A DNA stretch of 64,000 bases from positions 124,001-188,000 of the forward strand of contig OZ025658.1 of NCBI GenBank assembly GCA_964019335.1, given 5' to 3'. This stretch comes from Diplonema japonicum (Eukaryota > Protista > Euglenozoa: Diplonemea). The notes under the pieces are model-generated. The model saw nothing but the letters and a program-made list of their open reading frames with translations. It did not search any database and was not told the origin of the DNA. A program made the position numbers and the translations under genes. Below are positions 10,428 through 22,100 of the stretch, piece by piece. Position 1 is the first letter of the stretch. Every line of letters starts with the position of its first letter.

Positions 10428-12140
10428 TCAAAGCCACGCGTCTGTCCCGTCAAACGAGGCAAGCTGCTTCCCCTGCTCCTTTTCTTGAAGCCTCGCCTTC
10501 GCAAAGAAGAGCCGCACCTCCACCGCCTTATCCACATATGTGACGGTGGTGAGAGAGGCACACTCCTGCAAAAACTCAACAGACCGCACGTAGTCACCTT
10601 CTATATACGCTTGGAATCCCATTTCAAACGGCTTTTGAATAACGATCTTGTAAGACCGCACAGCCAGAACATCGCCGGCGAACGAGTCGTAAATAACAAC
10701 AGGGTCAGCAATGTGCCTTATAGGGATCTTGGCGATTGGCCGGATGAAAAGAACACCGGGGGAAAGGCGGTCCTTAACCTGTTGGCTTATAAGCGTCCTG
10801 CACCCGTACGACTTCGTGTAGTACTCAAGGGTGTTTGCTATGTTGACAGCATCGCCTATCATTGTGGTGTCGAGTCGTTCGGCGTCGCCGAGAATACCGA
10901 GAATTGCGTTTCCATAATGGATTCCAATGCCCATTTCTACGCGCCGTGTGGTGTTGACTTCATGTGTCCTAGCTTCGTTGTGCGCGTCAAGAGCTTGCTG
11001 CATTTCACTAGCTGCTTGAAGAGCATCATCAGCAGTCTTGAAAATACACCGTGTTCCATCTCCTAAATATTTATTCACAAACCCGTTCCACTTCCGTATC
11101 ACCGGTGTCAACCGTCCTGTGATGTTGTTTAGCCAGTCGAATGCCTCCATGTTGTCGAAGGCTTGCGATAAAAACGTGAAATCTCGGATATCGGAGAACA
11201 GAATAGCAACTTCCGAGATTTTTCGATCGCCCGCGGTTGTCGTGTTGACAGAGGTGTGTCCTAAAAGGGTTAAAAACTCGTGCGGGACGAACCGATTAGC
11301 AGCTTCTTCCATTTTTTTTCGAAGCTGGACCTCCTCGGTAATAAGCTCCGTTGTGAACGTGACCGATTCCTGAACCATTTTCAAAGTCATGCATGATAAT
11401 AAACTAGCTATTATCAACCCGAAGACCCCGCCCACTATGTGCGACCCTCCATTTGTCTCGATGAGGAACGCCAACACGACAATCGAAAAAATCCAAACGG
11501 GCGACGTGACAACGAGTATTTTTGTTTTAATACTGACGTCCTTGTCGGAGAACCACCTTCCCATGGGGGTGTCTGATACAATGGAAATGGACCGTTCGGA
11601 CTGCGATCCTGAGAGTTGAACCGGTTGGGCTAGGATAGATAATGCATTGTTGCCTCGCTTTTCCTCGGGAGAGGTTCCACCGTGGGCTAACTCGTACAAC
11701 GAATCTTGTGAACAATCAGAATTTCTGTCACGTTTGTTGTTTCGCCTTGCTAGTATTCTCCGTGTGCTGCTGCTTGTTCGATGAGTGTCCATTGAGACCA
11801 GACTGCTGCCCTTAAGTGACCCTATGTGCCCTACGCTAATGGGTGATGTCAGGCATGAGGAACGGGATAAGGTTGAGGCGCGGGCGGTTGTCATTGTCGT
11901 GGATGTCTCGTCACGGCTTCCAGCTAGTTCGATGACTTCGAGGCAGTCGTTGGAGCCTCGCCTGCATAGGTCCGTGTTGTCCTCGCTCACCCGACAGAAT
12001 TTGCTGCTTTCCACAGGGATCTCGAAGCTCGCCTGCGATTTTTTACTATTTGTCGATTCCGATTGGCTTAAACCCACGCCCATATACTCAATATCGTCAG
12101 AGTCGCTGTGGTTGTAGCCCCCATCGCTGTTTCCGCTCAT
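10428..12140 (-). CDS. Class III adenylate/guanylate cyclase with 2 TM helices
   Basis: RFVPHEFL, ILFSDIRDFT, KYLGDG, GIGIHYG and IGDAVNIA motifs. Disordered Ser-rich N-terminus. Confidence 0.9.
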   Translation of the reverse strand: MSGNSDGGYNHSDSDDIEYMGVGLSQSESTNSKKSQASFEIPVESSKFCRVSEDNTDLCRRGSNDCLEVIELAGSRDETSTTMTTARASTLSRSSCLTSPISVGHIGSLKGSSLVSMDTHRTSSSTRRILARRNNKRDRNSDCSQDSLYELAHGGTSPEEKRGNNALSILAQPVQLSGSQSERSISIVSDTPMGRWFSDKDVSIKTKILVVTSPVWIFSIVVLAFLIETNGGSHIVGGVFGLIIASLLSCMTLKMVQESVTFTTELITEEVQLRKKMEEAANRFVPHEFLTLLGHTSVNTTTAGDRKISEVAILFSDIRDFTFLSQAFDNMEAFDWLNNITGRLTPVIRKWNGFVNKYLGDGTRCIFKTADDALQAASEMQQALDAHNEARTHEVNTTRRVEMGIGIHYGNAILGILGDAERLDTTMIGDAVNIANTLEYYTKSYGCRTLISQQVKDRLSPGVLFIRPIAKIPIRHIADPVVIYDSFAGDVLAVRSYKIVIQKPFEMGFQAYIEGDYVRSVEFLQECASLTTVTYVDKAVEVRLFFAKARLQEKEQGKQLASFDGTDAWL

Positions 12141-12825
12141 TTTCTTTTGGTTTTTTTTGTGGGAGGTGGTGGTGTTACTTTTTTTTTTTATGCGGGTTCA
12201 ATATAAGTTCAGGGGGGGGGGGGGAATCTTTAAAGGAAAGGGGGAAGAATAAGAATAAATAAAAAAACAGAGAGGGAAATCAAATAAAATAAAAGAATAG
12301 GATTTTTTCTTCTTTTTTTTTTTTTTTTTTTCGTCAGCCCTCAATTTTTTTTTGAGGGGATAGGCTTTTTTTTTTTTTTTTTTTTCTTTCTTTTTTTTCG
12401 GAGAAGAAAAAAAAGGGGGAAAAAAAAAAACATAAAAAATAAAATAAAAAGTACCCCTTGCCCCTGTTTTGTGTGTGATTTTTTTAAAGCCTAAAAACCA
12501 CCACACAAAAAAAAAAAAAAAAAACCTCTCCTAATCGGAGGCGCCCCCACCTAGCCCCATACTCGCAATTAATAAGAGAAATGAACGGGAAAAAAAAAAA
12601 AACAGACCCCCCCTCTTGCCCTCATCCCCTCCGTGAACCTCCACAATCTGGTTTTAGCTAGCCACCACATTGCCGAGAGGAAAACGGAAAAAAAAAAAAA
12701 AAAAAAAAAAAATAGAATAAAATAAGAACAAAAAACAAAAACAAAAACCCTCCGAGGGGAGAGGGATCGGATCAATCGAGAAAAAAAAAAAAAAAAAAAA
12801 GGAAAAACCAAATCTCTTTTTCAAG

Positions 12826-13506
12826 TTATGTAGGCATGGGTGGTGCAGTTCCGCGTTGTTCTCTTCTATTTGAACGTGACTTCTTATGTCCATAAGATGT
12901 AGGGGGAGGGGGAGGGGTGTTTGGGGCAGGGTGGATAGCATGATCGGTAAGGAAAAGACAAGGAGCGGCTTGTGGGAACATAGGCTGACCAAACTCCTCC
13001 GGGTGGAGGGGAGCCGAAGGAATTTGCATGGCAGTGATCTCCTCAATTGGCATTAATGCCATACAACTCAGACAAACATCATAAGGACACGATTCACAAC
13101 CAAGCATTTTGGCATTCTTGGGTACGCTGACTCCACACCCACCACACTTGTAGTTCCCGTCACGTGCTGTAAAGGGTTGAAACGTATGTGGGCCACTACA
13201 TCTCTGGACTGCTACAGCGTCCTCAGGTGGTACCTGCTCTCCTTCAACAGGTATGCCCAAGCAACAGAAGGCTTCGCAACCACAGTCTACACAGTCTGAA
13301 GTGTCCCAATCTTCCTCAGGCCATCCACTGCAACACACCACCTCTGGGATCAACGGCTCCTGCACTTTCTCCTCTCTCCTCTCTTCCTCACTACTATAAT
13401 CATCTGCCCAGCATGCAATGGGCTCTATAGAGCACGGTGTCTTGACACCGGATGAGTTGTCAAGATACCCTCTATCCTGTTCCTCCTCATCACTGAAGTA
13501 CATCAT
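12826..13506 (-). CDS. Hypothetical protein with Cys-rich (ZZ/C1-like) zinc finger
   Basis: CSGPH...YKCGGCGVSVPKNAKMLGCESCPYDVCLSC. Real start is probably MMYFSDEEE at 13506. Confidence 0.6.
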   Translation of the reverse strand: MMYFSDEEEQDRGYLDNSSGVKTPCSIEPIACWADDYSSEEERREEKVQEPLIPEVVCCSGWPEEDWDTSDCVDCGCEAFCCLGIPVEGEQVPPEDAVAVQRCSGPHTFQPFTARDGNYKCGGCGVSVPKNAKMLGCESCPYDVCLSCMALMPIEEITAMQIPSAPLHPEEFGQPMFPQAAPCLFLTDHAIHPAPNTPPPPPTSYGHKKSRSNRREQRGTAPPMPT

Positions 13507-13663
13507 ATTTTTTACCTTTGTAGGCTGCAATAAAAAAAAAAAAAAAAAAAAAAAAAAGAGGGGAATAATAAAAAAAAATATCCGGCCTTCTTCATTTGTT
13601 TCACACGGGCTGAATCGGTTTTTTTTTAAAAAAAAGTAAACAATCCATTTTGTTTTCCCACCC

Positions 13664-14686
13664 CTATTCCCAATTTTTCCGGCTTCGAAGCTTATTGAGT
13701 ACAACGGATTGTAGAGGAAAAGGGAGGTGGTCGAGGGTGGGTTGGAGCTCGGACAGAAGAGTGTGCCGTGCGGCGTCTCCCTCAGAAAACCCGCGAGACC
13801 GAAGGAAGTGGACCGCGGACACCGATAGCTGCCCAATGGTAGACCCGTGCTCCGCAGACCCAACCGAAGCTGGCTTTATATTAAGTTGCGGCCGTTGAAC
13901 GGTACTAGATGACGAGTCAGTAAGGTGGGTCTTAAGCCGCTGCAGAGCATGCGCTGATGTGGCTGGCTTTTCGATATCAGTGCGAACCCCGCAGCTGTAC
14001 TTCCCTTTAACAGGCGCATTGGAGAGAAACACCTCGCTCCGAGTACCTTTTGCTTCATGCTTCACCTTTACATCAATACTGTGAATCGTTTCTTCAGGAA
14101 GAGACACACCGGCCACTTTGAAATACGAGTTTTCCCCGTTCAGCGCAATGTTGAAGGAGTCTCTTTGAACCTCTGCAACAGCGCCTCCGGGGTGAACGAG
14201 GTTTGAGTAGAGGATTGAGTTTTTATCCATTGTGCCGTTGGTGGTCATTGAAACCATGTTTCGTTTCTTTTGTTTCGACCGGCGAAGGAGCGCTGAAAGT
14301 ATCGCGGCCCATACGGGGCTTCTGCCTCCTGGTGACGTTACCAGAGCAACCGCTGATTCTTGGCCGCCTGTCACGTTGATTGTCAGGTCTGTGTAGTCGG
14401 GTTGGAGGCATTTCGGTTGAGTTTTGATCCAGATTTCTAAACCTCCACCGTTCCCTACTTCCACGTCGATGATCGCGTTCTTCCCTTCGGGGTGTTTTGA
14501 TAGCCAGTTTTTTCTGCCTGGTAATTCGATTTCTACGGGCTTTGGGACTTGGTAACCTTCTGGTACGACAATTCTCGCCCTTTCAGCAGTCATTTTAAAT
14601 TGTCGAGAGGAAAGCTGCTGATTGAACACCCTTTGTGCTTCGTCCAGTGTTCGTTTTGTTTTCATTGCTGCGGGGATGGCAGCCAT
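13664..14686 (-). CDS. sufD: SufD-like (SufBD family) Fe-S assembly protein
   Basis: C-terminal SufBD signature RPQLNIKPASVGSAEHGSTIGQLSVSAVHFLRSRGFSEGDA; VKHEAKGTRSE beta-helix segment. Confidence 0.75.
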   Translation of the reverse strand: MAAIPAAMKTKRTLDEAQRVFNQQLSSRQFKMTAERARIVVPEGYQVPKPVEIELPGRKNWLSKHPEGKNAIIDVEVGNGGGLEIWIKTQPKCLQPDYTDLTINVTGGQESAVALVTSPGGRSPVWAAILSALLRRSKQKKRNMVSMTTNGTMDKNSILYSNLVHPGGAVAEVQRDSFNIALNGENSYFKVAGVSLPEETIHSIDVKVKHEAKGTRSEVFLSNAPVKGKYSCGVRTDIEKPATSAHALQRLKTHLTDSSSSTVQRPQLNIKPASVGSAEHGSTIGQLSVSAVHFLRSRGFSEGDAARHTLLSELQPTLDHLPFPLQSVVLNKLRSRKNWE

Positions 14687-16765
14687 TTCTTTTTTTTTTT
14701 TGTTTCGCTGTGAAGAAATGAGGAATGTGAGGGGGGGGGGGGGGGGAAGAAAAAATCAGTGGAGAAAAGAAGGGAAAAAAAAAAATGAACATAAAGAAAA
14801 AAAAAAAGAAATGATCAAAAGAAAAAAAAGAAAGAAATGACGCTTCCCCCCCCCGTTTTTTTTTCTTTTATTCTTTTTTTTGGAACACTTTGTGTGCAAA
14901 CAACACCCGCCGCCTCTAGACCTGCGCTTTTAATTTGAAAACAAAAAAGGCATTCTTAGGGGGGGGGGGGGGGGGGCTGTCAGCTCTGTGCCACATAAAA
15001 CCTAATTCATTCCGGGCGCCAGTATGATGCGATAAAAAAAAGAAAAGAAAAGAGGGAGGAAAAAGGGAAAAATTTTGTGTATAGCTACCACCCCCCTTTT
15101 TTTTGTGCTTTCCACTTTACACTTCAAAAAAAAAAAAAATACCTACCTTGATTTCTTCTTGCCAACTGGGGTCGTTGGGGAGGGGGAGAAGAAAACCTTA
15201 AACAAGTAAAGAAGTATTATTAAAAAAAAAAAGAAAAGGCGAAAAAGAAAAGGTGTGGATGATTCATTTGGTGGCTTTTGGAAACCCTTGAGCCTGTAGT
15301 GATGGGGGGGGGAAGAATTGTTACCAAGGACCCCCACCACAGAAAAAAAGATAAAAAATACCCCCCCCTCCCAAAGAAAGAACGATAAATGAAAAGGAAG
15401 CATCATGTGATAAAGAAAAAAAAAAGAAAAAAAAAGAAAAACAAACACTCCTACTTTGTTCCGCGGTAAAAAATCTTTTCCCCATAATAACTGGGAAACG
15501 CGAACAAAGGAAAAAGGGGGGAACGAGGGATGACAATGAGTGCAACAAAAAAAAAAAAAAAAACGGAAAGACGGCAGGGAACAAAAAAAAAAAAAAAAAA
15601 AAAAAAGGGAGGGAAGGGAAGGTTTACACGCGCACACCACTTCCATCCCTAAGTTTGTTGGAATTGCTTTTTTTTTTTTCTTTTTTTTCTTTTTCTTTTT
15701 TTTTTTTTTTTTGTGGCACATTTTCGTCCACATAGTAATGTCAGTCATTACTTGTCAGTAGTCAGATCGCTTTTCTTTTTCTCAAGTTTGTTTACACTCA
15801 TCAGAGCAGTGAAGAACAACAGAGGAGGGGAGGGGAAGGGGAAGGAATAATAAAGGGGAAGCAACTAAAGCTTCGTTTCGTGTGTGTGCATGGTTGTGTG
15901 TGTGTGTTTTTTTTTTTTGCCTTGAATAAAATCCATCAGGGAGCAGTAAAAATGTACCCCCCCCCCCCATCAACACTAAATAAATGGAAAAAAAAAATAA
16001 TGTGTGGAACTTTAAAAAAGAAGGCCACTACGCAGCAGCAGGACAATGAACACTGGGGGGGAGGGGGATAGGGAATGTTTTACTTTTATTTATTTATGGA
16101 TGGAGTGCTAACTGTGACCCCGGGCTATATTTTGTTTCACTAATACTCAACAAGGTTGTGCCCACAGGACCTTGGATCTGAACATTCTGAAAACCAAGTC
16201 CGAAGCTAAGCTCTTTAAAACATCTCGGGGGACCAGGTTAGCAGTTTTTCTCTTTAGTTAGATTATTTATTTTATTTCACTCTTCTCAGTTGCTTTTTTT
16301 TTATTTTTTCTTTTTTTTTTTTTTCCTTCTCGTGGCGTGTAAAAGTTGAAAATATTCTTTTTTTTTTTTAAAAAAAAAAAAAGAAGAAAATATTTTTAAG
16401 TTTTCTTTTCTTCTTCATTGTGTGTAAAAAAAGTTTTTATTTTTCTCTCAATTTTGCGGATTTTGGTCATGATAAATAGAAAAATGCAGAAACCGAACAC
16501 ATGTTTCTTGTGTTATCGTCTTTTCACCCCCCCCCCCCACCCCCATCATTTTTTTTAATTCCTTTTAAACGTCTGCTCGTTTGCTAGGAGTGGAATTTCG
16601 TTCTGTTTTAAAAAGAAAATTGAATCGACAATAATATTGTTAAAACAAAAAAAAAATATAATAGAGAGTTTCTACTCTCATTTGTGGATACACCCTCCTT
16701 TTTTTTCCCCCATTCTTCGGTGAGAGGTGGCATTGGGCACCAGTGCGTCGCAAAAGCGAAAGAAG

Positions 16766-16809
<44 letters not shown>

Positions 16810-17247
16810 ACTTTACAACTGTCTCACTTTTTTTTTCTCCTTTTTTTTTTTTTTTTTTTTTTTGCTTTTACAAGTGTTCTCCAACAACACTCGACAATAT
16901 GATTGCATGATTAAACTATGGGGGAAAAGAAAGAAAAATCAAAAAGAGGGAAGAAGATCACCCCCCCCCTTATTTTTTTGGTGTGTACTTTTGATGGTTA
17001 AAAATTCTTTTTTTCGGGGGGGGGAGAAGCGGGAAAGAAAGAAGAAAAGGGGGGGGGGATGCTGTACATGAGTTACGGAGGAAAGAAAGAAAAAACAGAG
17101 AAGGAGGGGGGGGGGGGGGGAGAAAGAAGGAGAGGCTTCTGATACAAAAAAAAAGAGAAATAGCCTAGGTGGTTTAATTATAGTAGCTATAAACCATCTC
17201 CTTTTTTTTTTTTTTTTTTTTTTGCTGCCCAGTGTTTGCTTCTTTAA

Positions 17248-17594
17248 CCCTTATGCAGCCAGAGGCAAGTTTTTTTTTCTTCTTTTTTCTTATTGGTCTC
17301 AGTCTGGGCGAAAAACCAACAAAAAAAAAAGAGGCTGTAGTTCGTTGCCAACGTTCCCCCCTTTTGTTTCGACAAGTCAAAGACTCGTTTAAAAAAAAAA
17401 AAAAAAGAGAGAGAGGAACTGGCCGTTGTTTGTACGTGCCGGGTAAAACCTGGGAGAAGTTTGTCAACCCGAAACACGTTGCCAACGTTCCCCTTTTGTT
17501 TAGACAAGTCAAAGATTCGTTCTTGCAAAAAAAAAAAACCTTACCACATTTATGAACTGCTTCTACAGAAGCAGCTGGTTGGCTGCATTCAGGG
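17248..17594. mobile_element. Non-autonomous piggyBac-like MITE, family A
   Basis: TTAA at 17244-17247 and 17595-17598. Imperfect TIRs cccttatgcagcca / tggctgcattcaggg. Internal direct repeat (cgttgccaacgttcccc...gacaagtcaaaga) at about 17343 and 17477. Confidence 0.7.
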
Positions 17595-17808
17595 TTAAAG
17601 CGGGAAAAAAAAAAAAAAAAAGAAAAAAAAAAAAAAAAAGGGAAAGAAAATTGAATCTAGGCATAAAGAAAGAAAGAAAGAAAAAGGAAAAGCTTGATCA
17701 AACGTGTGTGTGCGGAGGAGGGGTGTGTGCTGATCTGATCTCGTATTGCAGGGAGGGAGAATGGGGGAAAAAAAAAAAAAAAAGATAAAAAAAAAAAATA
17801 CCCCTTCC

Positions 17809-18942
17809 TCACGCCCTAACGGAATACGTCGCCCACGGAGCATTGGTCCTGGCTGACATTCCTGTAGATCCAGAAGGGCTGGTACAGGGCGATGACTCAG
17901 CAGTGGAGGGTAACGAAGAAGAATGCGCAGAAGAAGTAGACGCAAAAAGTGTACCGTGCGTGAAACGCCTCCCCTTATGCTGCTGCTGCTGCTGCTGTAG
18001 ACAAAATATTTTCCACCCCCCCAAACCACATACCCCGTTCCCACTCATCTCTGCTATGCCCATACGCGTTTTAGCAGGCCCCACTTTGGTCATTTTCTGC
18101 TTCCCACCAATACGGCCATCGGAAGTGTCGCTTCCAACGGTAACACCCTCTGAGAAAAAAAAAAAAAACATTTTTTTTTTGTTTTTTTTTTTTTAATTTT
18201 CCCCCAAATCCATACGGAAGATCGGGTTTTTCGCCATGGCGCACTGCAAGATGTTGGCGCCGAACGACTTCAGGTGAAGGTGCGAAACGCACGCCAGCGC
18301 GTCCTGTCGGTCCTCCATCTCGATGAAGGCGAAACGGGTGGTCCTCCTCTCGTTGACCTCGCCGCAGAATCGGTACATCCTCATGGGCCGCTCGCCGTTA
18401 GACGTCACGAGGTCGAAAAGAGACTTTCGCGGCTGCGATGCATCGATGCCCATAAGGTGAATGGTACGCGACAGCCGAAGCTGGTCAGCGGGAGACAGTT
18501 CACTCCGCTTAGATGTCATTGGTGGTGCGGAGAAAGGCGCCGGGACGGCTGTCGGCGTGGCAGTCTGGACGACATTGTTTGCCGTCTCGTTGCTGCTACT
18601 CTGCTGGTGAGGTTTGAAATGCTGGAACATCGGGAGGCTGCAGTTCTCGGGCGGCTGCCTCCAGCTCACCGCAATGCACTCGGGGATCCCCACGGCCATG
18701 CCCCTGCTCTTCCCCCATATCTCGTGGAGCTCCTTCTCGGAGTACCTCTTCCCCTCAACTCCTTCAAAGCTGCTCCCCTCGTCTTCGCTGGTCAACGCGT
18801 TCTTCTGCTTGGACGACACCTCGATGTCCTCCATGATGTGCTGCAGATCGTTCAAGAACAGGTCCTCCGTCCCGGGGCTCAGCGAGACATCCTTGTCGGC
18901 CTCAGAAGTCGCCGGCAGCCTTCCGTACCTCGACCGAAGCAT
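17809..18942 (-). CDS. RRM RNA-binding protein, probably 3 exons
   Basis: RNP2-like RTIHLMGID and RNP1-like RFAFIEM. Predicted introns 18150-18215 and 17995-18033 extend the frame to the stop at 17809. Confidence 0.75.
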
Positions 18943-19131
18943 TTTATTTTTTGATATGGGTGTAGAAAAATTTAAAAAAAAAAAAGATGTGGATTGGTGT
19001 CTTCGATGCCTGTATGGTGATTTTGGAAACAGGAAAAAAAACTAAAAAAATAAATAAAAATAAAAAACATGGGGAGGGCTTTTAACAACATAAACAAGGG
19101 GTAAAATTCTAAAGGGGTGTGAGGGGACATT

Positions 19132-22100
19132 CTAAACAATTGTCCCAGTAGACTTATCAAACAGCCCGATTTGAACCTCTAGCATCCCGCTTCGGGAGGC
19201 GAGCATTCGGGCGTGGCGGACGTCATTACTCGAACGGACCTTTAGAAAAAATTAAGTTTTACCCTCCCTCCCCCACAAACATACAGGGTAGTTAATTATA
19301 GTTGTGATGATCTCGCCGGGAGCGATCCCCGACCGTGCGGCAGGGCTGGAGTCGGCGACAGAAGCAACGACCATCCCTTCGGGGCAAGGGTTGAGCCGCA
19401 TCCCGAACGGTTCGTCCAACGAGTTCAACAGCAGAGTCCGTGACTGCAAGAACCCAGGAGGCGAAGGGGATCGGAACGTTGATCGGGGCGGCGATCTGTG
19501 TGCAGACTGCACCTGCCCCGTTCTGCTCTTCGCCATAGACAGCGCATCGTTAATCCCCTGCTGGATCTGCCTCATGTTGTAATCCAACTCGTCCCTAGAC
19601 ACTGGGCTCTGCCGGTAAGAATGGTAAGGTATTCTCTGTTGCAGCGGTGTCACAGGCGAGGCAGGCGAGGCGGCGCGTGTTTCCGGCTTTTTCGCGTTTA
19701 TCGCGAATACATCTGTCTCGCTGAACTTCCTACTGCTGATCAACCGAGGGAGGTGCCCCGAGTCCCTGACCATCCCGCCAAGCATCGAGTTGACCCCGTA
19801 CATCAACTGTGTGCATGACGGAGGGTGCCCGTAGCCTGCTAGCGTCCTCACGAACACAGAGGTTAAGACCCCGCTCAACGCTGACACCTTCGGCGCCCTG
19901 ACATCCGGTGTTGTTGTGATGAAAAACGTGTTCCCGGGGTGCTCCGAGCTGGGAAGGTGTGCGTAGGATGTACCGCCGTCACGTTCGCAGGTCAGCATGT
20001 AAGGCAGGTCCACAGGGGACGTGCAGTACACCGTGTCGAACAGGCCCATGATGTTGACACCATGAGGCGCGGGGGCAATCAGATCCCTCGTGATCTCTTG
20101 CGGTGTGACGACACCATGCGTCATCCAATCGACGGGCGCGATGCCTTGCAGCTGCTTTGGCGGGATGCCTTTCCCCTCGTCGGTGGGAGGCTCTCCGCCA
20201 TATCCCACGAAGTATAAAAACAAATTATCACCAGGGTCACAAGAGTTTATAAGCCATCTCAGAGACGCTAAGATGTTCCCTTTCGTGGGCTGCGGTGTGC
20301 CAGGGGCGGTGTCGGAGAGCACCCTGATGCAACCAGAGGGGTAACCCTGGCGGAGGAGCAGGTTCTTGATGTCATGCAACGCAGCATCAGCGTTGGGGAG
20401 CTTGTTGTTGTACGACACTGAGATCAGCACGGCTCGAGCGGTTCCCTCCCCACGGGTGGAGTCGGCGAGGGTGGTGTGTACGCCTGTTACAAGCGGTCGC
20501 TGCCGTGCGCCCATTCCGTACACGTCGGCGGGGTGTACCTTTTGTGTAGTCGCAAGGCCCACACCGCATGAGTCGTCGCCTAGCCGCTGCCTCGCCACGT
20601 CTCGCATCTTTGTCAACAGCATCTCCGCAGCCCCCTCGCCACCTACTTGGTTCATCACTGTCATGTACGCCGTCCCCAGCGCACCGCACCCTCCAGTCCC
20701 ACCGCCTGTCAGGTAGAACATTAGCACTTCAGCCTCGCCTAGCCCTGGACGCTCCTTGCTGCTGAAGCCCCCATTTCCCATCGCGACAAGGTGGTACGGA
20801 AGGTCCACCACTTCACCCCTTTCTTCGATGTCCCACAGAACGGTGAGCTTCACGCCTGCTGGAAGCTGTGACACAAGGGTCCGCCGCAGTGTCTCGGTGT
20901 CGATACCACCAGTGTGGTGGTAGTCGCACGGTGCAAGCCCATCAAAGCACATTCTGGCAGAGACTACAAGGTACAAGGCGTCTCCTGGTACAGGGTTCGA
21001 TACCAACCATCGCAGCGAGGACATGATGTTTGATCTGGTTGGCATGCTCTGCGTGCTCTCATCGGCTAGGACCCTCGTTTCGGCACCGAACCCTTGCCGC
21101 TGCAAGAACCGCAACATGGTCTTGTCGTATGCAGGCGACACGACTTCCAAGTCTGTCCCACGGTACCTGCAGCTGATCAGCAGTGTCTTCGCCGCCCCGA
21201 GGATGTGCTGCTGTGCCTTCTTTGCAGGTACATCATGGGTGTCCGCCATTCCAGGGTCGCTTGCGAGGCTTGGGGGTTCGGCAGGGCCAGCACCGCCGCC
21301 TTGCTTCACCCATACCGTCCCGTCAGGGAATCTCAGCTTTCCGTCCTTTGCGTCGTAGGCCACAATGCCGGGCTCTGTGGGGTCGCCCTCGTCTAGTGCG
21401 ACACCTTTTTCCGTAACAACTCCCTTGCGCTCTCCCATCTCCGTGCTAAACAGTATCGCTGCGGTGCCATCCACTGCTACTGCAGCAGGCGCCGAGGTGC
21501 TTTCAACTTTGTAGATTCCCGCAATGCCTGCGCCTGTGCCCCTCATCTGGTCCTCGGCGGCTGACCTCGTTGGGGCGATTTTTGCGTGCTCTGGATCAGG
21601 TCGCTTTCTCGGCTTCAGATTCTGGGGTGCACTCCCAAGGTAGAACAGCGATCTCTCGTCCAGGCGTTTAGAGGACTGCACCACAGGGGACAGCCCTGCC
21701 ACGGAGTTGTCCATCTGCACTTTGATGCTTTTCAGTAACGGGAGCAGCTTTTGCTGCGGGTTAGCCTCCAGGACGTTGATGAAGCTGCTAGTGAGCACGC
21801 CGGGGTGCGCAGGGTCTTCGCCGCCCTCCCCCGGCACCTCCGGCGGGGTAGAGAAGACAAGCACATCTGCAGAACTGTCATCAGTGGAGTCATATGCCTC
21901 ATGCTGGTACACCATGGAGTCGCCATGCATGCTTATCTTGTAGGGAGGCTTAACAAGGGTACCCCCCTTCGCACAATCAGCCACGATGAGCACCTTAACA
22001 CCCTCAGGGAGGTCGCGCAGCAGTACCGAGTGCAGCTCGTCGCCTGTGATGAACCCTTTCGTCTCGAAGTCGGTGGGGGCGAGTGCATCCGCCAAAGCAA

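Noticed and set aside
16105-16245. Imperfect inverted repeat gctaactgtgaccccg / cgggggaccaggttagc as a MITE
   Set aside because: Several mismatches and no clear target-site duplication.
14700-17800. Poly-K/F/G/P ORFs in intergenic DNA here and elsewhere
   Set aside because: Translations of homopolymer runs.
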